Shown here piece by piece: positions 55,290-64,000 of a stretch of 64,000 nt of DNA (within the stretch, counting starts at the first letter, position 1; every line of letters starts with the position of its first letter). The notes under the pieces were generated by a model that worked only from the letters and a program-made list of their open reading frames with translations, had not been told where the DNA came from and did not search any database. This stretch comes from Syncephalis fuscata S228 (Eukaryota; Fungi; Zoopagomycota): assembly GCA_025786725.1 (NCBI GenBank), contig JAHLTZ010000059.1:1-64000 (forward strand). Direction: 5' to 3'. Made by a program: the position numbers and the translations under genes.

Positions 55290-57046
55290 ATGTCGTCTCA
55301 AACCACCACTACAAAGATCATGACCGCTGACCATAAAGCAGAGACGGCACCGATAGCCGAACGGACACGTCCTCATCCTGAAGAGATAGATGTGCCTCTA
55401 TTTACACTGCTTACCACCTATATATCCTATGCTATTCTGATTGCTGTTGGGCATGTACGCGACTTTTTCGGTAAGCGATTCCGTCGTGGTGCCTACGCCT
55501 ATTTGATGGAATCGGATGTAAGTAGTAATAGGCGCTGATACGAGCAATCATGGCTAGAACGACGAACAGCCAGTAGATATGAGTTGGGTTCTATTGTTGT
55601 TAATACTATCGCTATTATTGCTATTATTATAGGGATATGCACCCATTATTAGTGATTTTGAGTCTTTATATACTCGTCGTTTGTATTATCGTATTCGCGA
55701 CTGTTTTAACCGTCCTGTAACGGGTGTGCCAGGCCGTACCATTAAGGTATTGGGCCGTGCATCCAGCGATTATAACCGCACCTTCCGTATGACAGGAGAG
55801 GTGCGAGAAGTACTTAATCTTAGCTCGTATAACTATCTAGGATTTGCTCAAAGTCATGGTGCATGTGCTGATGCAGTAGAGGCGGCGCTTAACACGTATG
55901 GACCAGCTGGTGCTAGTACGCGCTTAGATTCGGGTACATTAGATCTACACATAGAAGCGGAGAAGCTAGTGGCCCGTTTTCTTGACCAAGAAGCCTCTAT
56001 TATTGTGTCGATGGGATTTGCTACTAACAGTACCATTATTCCAGCTTTAGTCTCTAAAGGCTGTTTAATCATTTCAGATGAACTTAACCATGCGTCTATT
56101 GTAACTGGTGTGCGTCTATCCGGTGCCGGTATCCGTGTATTTAAACATAATGATGTTGAGGATTTGGAATTAGTGATACGGATGCCATTTCTCAGGGACA
56201 ACCACGCACGCATCGTCCATGGAAGAAGATTCTTATTATTATTGAGGGATTGTACAGTATGGAAGGTGAATTTGCCGATTTACCAGCCATTATTGCGCTG
56301 AAGAAGAAATACAAGGTAAATAAGACGAATAGTGTTTAATGATTGCATTATTGATGTATTGCTATATAGTGCTATCTATTTTTGGATGAAGCGCATTCTA
56401 TCGGTGCCTTGGGTGCACGTGGTCGTGGTATTTGTGACTTTTACGGTGTCAATCCAAGTGAAGTGGATATACTGATGGGTACATTTACCAAGTCATTCGG
56501 TGCAGCTGGTGGCTATATTGCCGGCAAACAGGCCATTATTGATCATTTACGTATTAATAGCTATGCGCCAGTCTATGCAGAAGCAATGCCACCTCCAGTA
56601 CTACAACAAGTTGTGGCATCCATGCGTATGATTATGGGCGAAGATGGCACGGATGAAGGTGCAGAGAAACTTGAAGCATTGGCCCGTAATTCTCGTTACT
56701 TTTCATCGCGTCTTCGTGAAATGGGATTTATTGTGTATGGCAATGCCAATTCACCTGTTGTTCCTATGTTGCTATTCCATCCTGCAAAGATTGGTGCATT
56801 TTCTCGTGAATGTTTAAAGAGAAATGTTGCTGTAGTTGTTGTTTCCTATCCTGCTACACCTATCATCACTTCACGAGTTAGATTCTGTTTATCAGCTGCT
56901 CATACCATCGAGGACCTTGATTTGGCACTGGAAAAGATTAGGTAAGTAATACTGTTGTTGTTGTTGCTACTATTATTAATTGTAATACTAATACAACTAT
57001 TATTAGTGAGGTGGGAGATATTCTTAGTCTCAAGATGCTAGCCTAA
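55290..57046 (+). CDS. LCB2: Serine palmitoyltransferase catalytic subunit Lcb2
   Basis: [57 protein letters not shown]-lysine motif [29 protein letters not shown]. Confidence 0.96.
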
Positions 57047-57414
57047 GCTATGTTACACCTATCCAATGATACTGTACAGTATCAGGTGTATTACATAGAA
57101 ATAAAGTTGAATTTATTAATTAATTAGTGTGGATCAGTGTGTGTATTGTAAAAGGGAATAAATAGTGCTATAGATACTAACAAAAGAGCAATATAATGCA
57201 TTGTGATATATTGTATATCGTATTAATAGAGAGTAGAATAATATAGAATGCTATTATTGAACAAGTAAAGTACATGACAGCGATATGGATTAATATTTAT
57301 AGTAAACACAGCTAGTAACGAACATGTAGCTTTTATTAATGGTATGTATTCAGTAGATAATATATTGATATACAGTATAATGTTATTTATTATTTATCTT
57401 GTTAGTATGTCAGT

Positions 57415-57762
57415 ACCAATGATCGGAGTAGTGAACGTGATTTGTAAAAAAAAGATAAGATTAAATAAAAGCAATCCAAGTACATAGTGTAAATAGTATT
57501 TGTAATTAACTAGTATTCAGTCAACTACTAACACTATCTAGTTAGCATATATGGAGTGTACAAGTATATGCAATGGGTATATGTTGTCAAGTGTGAAGAA
57601 AGAGAAAGAGAAATGTGATGACGTAGATTGTGAGCTGTGAGCCTATTAGTCAATATTTATAAACAGCCGAGTTTAATTCATTAATAAATGGAGTGTAAAT
57701 AATAAAAGTCAATCTACCCAACATGTCAATACATCATAGAATAGATTAATAGTAAATGAACA
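57415..57762. repeat. Dispersed repeat family R1, copy 3 (inverted)
   Basis: Reverse complement aligns with 818-1135 (gtcaatatttataaacagccgagtttaatt; aaatgtgatgacgtagattgtgag). Confidence 0.88.
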
Positions 57763-58066
57763 AATGCATTGAGAATAAAAGCCATTTGACACCAAACTAC
57801 TCATTATTATAGAACATATATTCAATGTAATGGTAAAAGCATTAGGAAAAAGAGTATTTTAAATGGATTGTCTAAAAATTATTGTTGCATAATGCTTCTA
57901 ATTCAGTTTACGTAAAAAAGTGATACAACACATTTAAGATGGTAAAACAATTGCTTACTAGTATATATAAATAAAATGCACCCATTTTAACAAGTCTGGA
58001 TTTATTATAATTATGTACGAACACGGCTTAAACATTAGTCAATAATCTTTAAATTTATTCAAAACA

Positions 58067-59170
58067 TTAAGGTTGGGTAATGGCCACTTTTAAAAGCGAT
58101 AATACTTTTTGTCCTAGCACTTGATGAACATGTCGGGTTGGATGCAAACCATCCCAGAAGAAATAGCTGTCAGGATTGGCGCAAACCTTCATATTAGGCC
58201 CCAAACATGGATCGCGCATATTATTGAAAGAAAGCTGCTGCTGTTGTTCCCGAACGTTATATAAAAACGATGCTACATTATAGAAATGAAGTCGTGCATT
58301 GGGTAATCGCTGCTGCATAGCCGTTAAACGGTTCAGCAATAGCTCGTTGTGTTTTCGCGTAGCCATTAAGCCAATGTCTAAATGTTTAGGCTGCATATTA
58401 CGATATAAAGGCGATTGATCCATCGGTGGCATACCCATCACCAATACATGGGCCGTATTATTTGACGAGGCTTGAATAAGATTGACGGTATCCATCATCG
58501 TAGTAACGATACGATCAACGAGACCATTCAGCATTGTTATATTAGTACCAACGGCAGGAACACCCATAACATAATCGTTACCGCCCACTTGCAGTATATA
58601 CAACGGTTTTCCCTCGCGTCTAACTGACGTGGTTAACGACGGCAGTGGATCTTGTCGAGGAAATGTAGGAACAAAATACTATAGCATACAGTTAATTAAA
58701 AGTAACACAGATCAATAACTAATTAGGCTGCATCATATTAATCTTAATACTTACTTCACTGACTTGTTCGTAAGCGGTGGGTACCCAATTCGATTCAAGT
58801 GTACTGGTGGCAGCGCCTGGTGGCAGTATAGTGGCACCGGAAAGAGCACCGCCGAAAGCCAGTGTTACTAGTGGAACTCCTAGACCGTCGGCCATCCATT
58901 CAGACCATACACGTCCATTACTGAATCGTCCCTTGTAGTAAATATTGCCATCGGGTACTGCGCCATTCGTAAGCTCGAATACATTGCCCGTATCGAGTAA
59001 ACTATCGCCAAAAGCAATAATCTCGCTAATGTTGTAGTTATTGCTATTTTTATCAACTGCGGCAGTATAAACTTGCACGCACTAGATGGCGTGGCCAACG
59101 CAGCAAGCAGAATAACCGTGACGGCAATAGTAGCAGTCGCACCAACTGTAGTCGACCAAAAGCTGGGCAT
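58067..59170 (-). CDS. Secreted GDSL/SGNH lipase-acylhydrolase; intron ~58681-58753, apparent frameshift ~59080
   Basis: Hydrophobic N-terminus; FGDSLLDTGN, GRFSNGRVWSE, AFGGA, GGND, FFWDGLHPT. Confidence 0.9.
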
Positions 59171-59998
59171 GTCCAAAAAGGGTAGCAACAACAACAATAA
59201 TAATGATTAAAAGAGGGAAATTTAAAAGGAGCTTTTTAAGATTTAAAGTGGCTTCACTTTATATGATGGGTGGATGATTGTATTGTTACTAACCATGTTA
59301 TTGTTATTGTAATGCTTATTTTTATTATTGTAGTTAAGGCATATGCCGACCAAGTGATATACAATAGCAGATTATTTACTTTCATATGATGTGTAAACAA
59401 TGCATTGCGCTCTCTGCTGAACAGTCATGTTGTTACCATCCTGACATTACAGCCATATTGTTATGAAATGTGAATAAGAAATACACCACGTAATTGGGTG
59501 ATCTATTAAAGTCACATGTATTTGGCCATAAAAATAATACATATATCAAATATCAGTATTAATTTCTAGTAACAGACAACGATTGCAAAGATTTAATTAG
59601 TAAATATCTGCTTGTTGAAAACATGTGAACAAGTGCATAAAATAATGCGCTGCGTTAATGATAAAATAGTATGTAGCTTTTAAATTTTATTATTAGTTAT
59701 GTTTACTATAGTTAAAACTGTAACAATTAATTATTAGTAAAAGATAAGTTTACTATCAAATCAACATAACCAACCAATGCATTGGGCCTTAAGCTTTAAA
59801 CTAAGTACTAAAAACGTCAAATTCTAAAATTATAGGATAGAATTAGGATAAGACGCTGTTTGATCATTTAGTTTACAATTCTTAAAAGCAAATTTGTGGC
59901 AACATTACTTATTATTGTCATCGCATATGGTTATCATAAAAAAGAATTATAGTATAGTTGTCAGTAAAATGCAATGAAATGTAAATTAATGGTGATAA

Positions 59999-60845
59999 CT
60001 TAATTAATAAAGCGTTACTAAATCTATATACAACTTTACTAAAAATGAATCAAATTGCTTGATATTTTGTACAAGCATGCATATAGCATACATGGAACTA
60101 TCGACAAAATATATTGCAATTGCATTGCTTTATGGACAATGAGTGTGCTAATGCGTTAATAAATGTGCAAAATAGCAGGCTTTTACTGTTTATGGCTTGT
60201 ATAACTAAAATATAGCAAACGATTGCCGGATTCAAGTTCTCCATGCTTAAATAAACCGTTTATTATGGCTTGTAAAATAATGATTTTTGCAACAAAAGTT
60301 GGCCAAAAATACGATTTATGCGATATAAACTAACGAAGCTTTACGTTATACATATGTGTATACGACATAAATTGTCATTGTATATCAGTATTTCTGCATA
60401 ATAGCAAGCCATTATGCTCGCTTTAGCGCTTTAGAGCGCTTGGATTTATCTTATACCAAATTTCGTTTAATATTGAGATTTTAAATCATAAGTTTAGTTG
60501 CTTTTTTGTTAGCTATTTACACGTAAATTGTTTTTTGGCTAACATTTATTGCAAAAATCGCTGTTCTATATTTTATACCAGACGCAGCACCTAAACATAA
60601 AAAACTTGAATCCGGCAATCGTTTTGCTATATTTTAGTTATACAAGCCATAAACAGTAAAAGCCTGCTATTTTTGCACATTTATTAACGCATTAGCACAC
60701 TCATTGTCCCATAAAGCAATACAATTGCAATATATTTTGTCGATAGTTCCATGTATGCTATATGCATGCTTGTACAAAATGTCAAGCAATCAGTCTCATT
60801 TTACGCAAAATCATAAATAATCTTAGTAACGCTTATTAATTAATT
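59999..60845. mobile_element. Non-coding foldback / MITE-like element with long inverted repeats
   Basis: 60054-60238 is a near-perfect reverse complement of 60603-60790; outer arms ttaattaataaagcgttactaa / ttagtaacgcttattaattaa; inner arms 60281-60340 vs 60500-60560; no ORF. Confidence 0.75.
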
Positions 60846-62744
60846 AATTATTAGCTCCGCTATTGTCTTTTACCATCTAATTACACTAGAATCACTTTTT
60901 AATATTGCTGCATAATTTCACAGCATCCAATCAGCATTTTCGTTTTTAAACTTATAAATAGCGTTTTATTAGCATTTTAAGCTAATACAAGTAAAGATAT
61001 TACGTTTTTACAATGCCATATTCTTACATTCCAATATTATGGCCATACTGCTGTGCTAGCACGCCTAAAAAACTATCATATTATCAAAAACAATCACAGG
61101 TGAACAATTACAATAATAATATCTATCTATCTATCAAATGTCAACACTAATTACTAACAAAAAACAACTATTGCAAAGATATGACGCCTAAATACTTGTC
61201 GTTATAATAGTGTTATTATTTTAATAGCAATAGTAGTAATCTACATTGCCATCGTTGATGTGATAAGTGAATCTGGCTGCCAAATCAGTAAATTATTTGG
61301 TTTGGCAGCTGGCCGTTACCGGCTGGTTGGGTTTGTGGTGGGGGGGGGGTTTAGTCAGGCAAAGATTAAAGCTCCAATATTTGACTTTAATGTTTTTGTT
61401 AGCTCTTTGCTTATAACAATGAACAGCTGTTTGATAGCTTTATTTAGATAATAAATAATTTATAGTTGAATTGTTAGTTGTTATTACTTAATTTAACCTC
61501 TTATTGAGGTTCGCCATATTGACTACATTTGATGCAACAAACAAGACTGATGGTTACAGCTGCAAGATTTGACGCCATACGGTGACAATAGTGTTACTTC
61601 TTGTTATTCCGTAACTTTTGCTTAGTGGTGAATTCTATGTACTGTTGCTTCTATTTTGACGTGCAAAAAATTTCACACGTTTACCATTCTGCATGTGCTG
61701 ATATGCGCGACATTTACAACCAAAATAGCATGCATGAAATAGTGATGTCCATACTTCTTGGCAGTTTTACAGTACCATGTGATTGATAAGACGGAAGACT
61801 AAGTGTAAACATCACGTAAAATTAGTAACGTGTTTAATTGTATTTTATAATACCAATTTAACCAATATAATACTTATTGGCTTATAAATAAAATCAATAT
61901 TTATTCAGCACAGGCCATCAGCTTAGACTTGTTATTAGTGTTAACGTGGAGCAACAGCCAAAAGCAGTAGACACGCTTGCATTTTGCATATGTTATGCAT
62001 TGATGCACGTCAAATATTGTGCAGAAAACCTGTATTGCATACTATATTTTTTGTAAAGCTATTGATATACAACCCAGTATTTACATGGCAAAAATAAACA
62101 TGTATCAGCCTGTCTTTCGACTTAAAGGATCTAGTTTCAAGTACGACCGACGCGTGAATGGTTGACGTACAATTCAACGTGAAACAGTATATTTTACCGT
62201 GACAGCACCCATGTGACTTAATCCATGCATAATCTACTGCTGGTGGTCATTGGCTTATGTCGGCTGGTAGCTGCAGAGTATCGCTATCGTATAGCAAGTT
62301 ATTTATGGAACAAAGCTGCACGCAATGCATGTGAGGATTTTCTGCTACAAAGGCATTATAGTAAGCGACAATTGTTTCACAAGGCGACTTAATCGCGAAC
62401 GAACCATTGCAAGGTCTAACTGTACATGGCTGTCGTACCGAATAGAATGCTACATTGGCCGAATTATGCACGACTGTATTTTTTACCACAATGAGTGGTT
62501 CCGTATTATGCACAGTTTATTGCTTTCGTGTAAATACCGTTTTCCGAGTTGGACTATGGCCAGTCGATTAGTATAAAAGATGTGTTGGACGACGACGTTC
62601 TACTCCACAATATCATCACATAAGCTACCAACTGCTCTCTAGCACACTCACTCAGTTCTGCACTTAGTTGTTATACTAATCGTTTATATATTTGTTCGGT
62701 ATCTATTGCACAATACTTTTGGCATTATAAATATTATTTTCAGT

Positions 62745-63893
62745 ATGCGTACTTATTCTTCTTTGACTTTTGCCTGCTTCTTGGTCGCTGCGCTGGCCCG
62801 CATCGATACAACAGCCGCTCTGCCAACCTACAACAGCTATGGAGCTCCCGCAACATACACTGCACCAATGGCTAATCACCAACGACCAGAATTTGGCCAT
62901 GGACGTGAAATGAACAACCGTGACCACGAGCGTTATGGCAAGCCAGCTTATGGTGGCCGTCGCCCTGAGGACTGTGACGACGATCACAAGCCAGCATATA
63001 TTACCAAGCGTGGCTACAACGACTACTCGGCCAAGCCAGCCGGTGGACGTGACCACGACCGCGACTACGACAACCACGGCAAGCCAGGCATGGGTCACGG
63101 CAACGACCACCATGACAAACCAGCTCACGGTGGCCGTCGTCCTGAAGACTGCGATGATGAGCACAAGCCAGTGTATGTCACCAAGCGTGGCTACAACGAC
63201 TACTCGGCCAAGCCAGCTCATGGCAATCGTCCTGAAGACTGCGATGACGAGCATAGTCAAAAGCCAGCTGGTGGCCACGACCACGGCCGCGACTACGACA
63301 ACCACAGCAAGCCAGGCATGGGTCACGGCAACGATCACCACGACAAACCAGCTCACGGTGGCCGTCGTCCCGAAGACTGCGATGATGAGCACAAGCCAGT
63401 GTATGTCACCAAGCGTGGCTACAACGACTACTCGGCCAAGCCAGCTCATGGCAATCGTCCTGAAGACTGCGATGACGAGCATAGTCAAAAGCCAGCTGGT
63501 GGCCACGACCACGGCCGCGACTACAACGACCACGGCAAACCAGGCATGGGCCACGGCAACGACCACCACGACAAACCAGCTCACAATGGCCGTCGTCCCG
63601 AAGACTGCGATGATGAGCACAAGCCAGTGTATGTCACCAAGCGTGGCTACAACGACTACTCAGCCAAGCCGGCCGGTGGTCGTGACCACGACCGCGACTA
63701 CGGCAACCACGGCAAACCAGGCATGGGCCACGGCAACGACCACCACGACAAACCAGCTCACGGTGGTCGTCGTCCCGAAGACTGCGATGATGGGCACAAA
63801 CCCATCCCAGCTCCATACATTCCACCACGCAGGTAAGTTATTTTTATTCCAAATACATTTTTACTAATATATTTCTCGATTAGTGCATACTAA
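62745..63893 (+). CDS. Secreted tandem-repeat precursor with KR cleavage sites (KEP-like), His/Asp/Gly-rich; terminal intron 63833-63883
   Basis: Signal peptide MRTYSSLTFACFLVAALA...; four Y(I/V)TKR|GYNDYSAKPA junctions with DNA periods 177, 228 and 228 bp; spliced end PPRSAY*; TATAAAAG at ~62572. Confidence 0.88.
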
Positions 63894-64000
63894 ATAACTG
63901 CTAAACTTTAGTTTGTTGGCATTCAATTGGTGGATATATAGACGTCCAATCTTTATACTTAAAGATTAGCTCAATGTTTTCACATTGCTTACAAAAATAA

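Noticed and set aside
62950-63800. Tandem repeats as a CRISPR-like array
   Set aside because: Repeat periods are multiples of 3, there are no unique spacers, the context is eukaryotic and no cas genes are present.
62703-63867. Long alternative-frame and antisense ORFs over the repeat gene (305 aa -, 315 aa +)
   Set aside because: Shadow ORFs of a GC-rich repetitive coding sequence; only the 62745 frame has a signal peptide and a sensible splice and stop.
1-64000. Frequent frame breaks in conserved genes (hexokinase, ENP2, FUN30, carrier, LCB2, 7TMs, BTB) read as programmed frameshifting, RNA editing or mass pseudogenisation
   Set aside because: They are mostly single missing bases, with no shared slippery motif, in essential genes whose flanking protein sequence is intact; best explained as sequencing consensus errors. 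Raw reads would settle it.

Overview
Eukaryotic, AT-rich, gene-dense fungal DNA with many short (~45-100 nt) introns. The gene content (secreted kinase-like gene, degenerate F-box family, orphan 7TM family) suggests an early-diverging fungus, perhaps Zoopagomycota/Syncephalis-like; this is inference. Housekeeping genes: hexokinase (3' part), SEN15, ENP2/NOL10, TFB2, a COG0523/CobW GTPase, FUN30/SMARCAD1, CTNNBL1, RPL31, a mitochondrial carrier, RPA34 and LCB2. Many conserved genes carry apparent single-base deletions, most likely consensus errors, so the ORF track fragments them. Main accessory highlights: (1) four deeply diverged, intron-poor 7TM receptor-like paralogues at 39.3-53.7 kb sharing an N-terminal C-x-W-x6-C motif; (2) a secreted His/Asp/Cys-rich tandem-repeat precursor with KR (Kex2-type) sites at 62.7-63.9 kb; (3) a signal-peptide pseudokinase (HRD->HTN, DFG->NFT); (4) a small Cys-containing secreted peptide; (5) a ~1.25 kb inverted duplication of an F-box-like gene; (6) a ~850 bp foldback element, two dispersed repeat families, a structured RPL31 5'UTR intron and several GC-AG introns. 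All gene models were spliced by eye.
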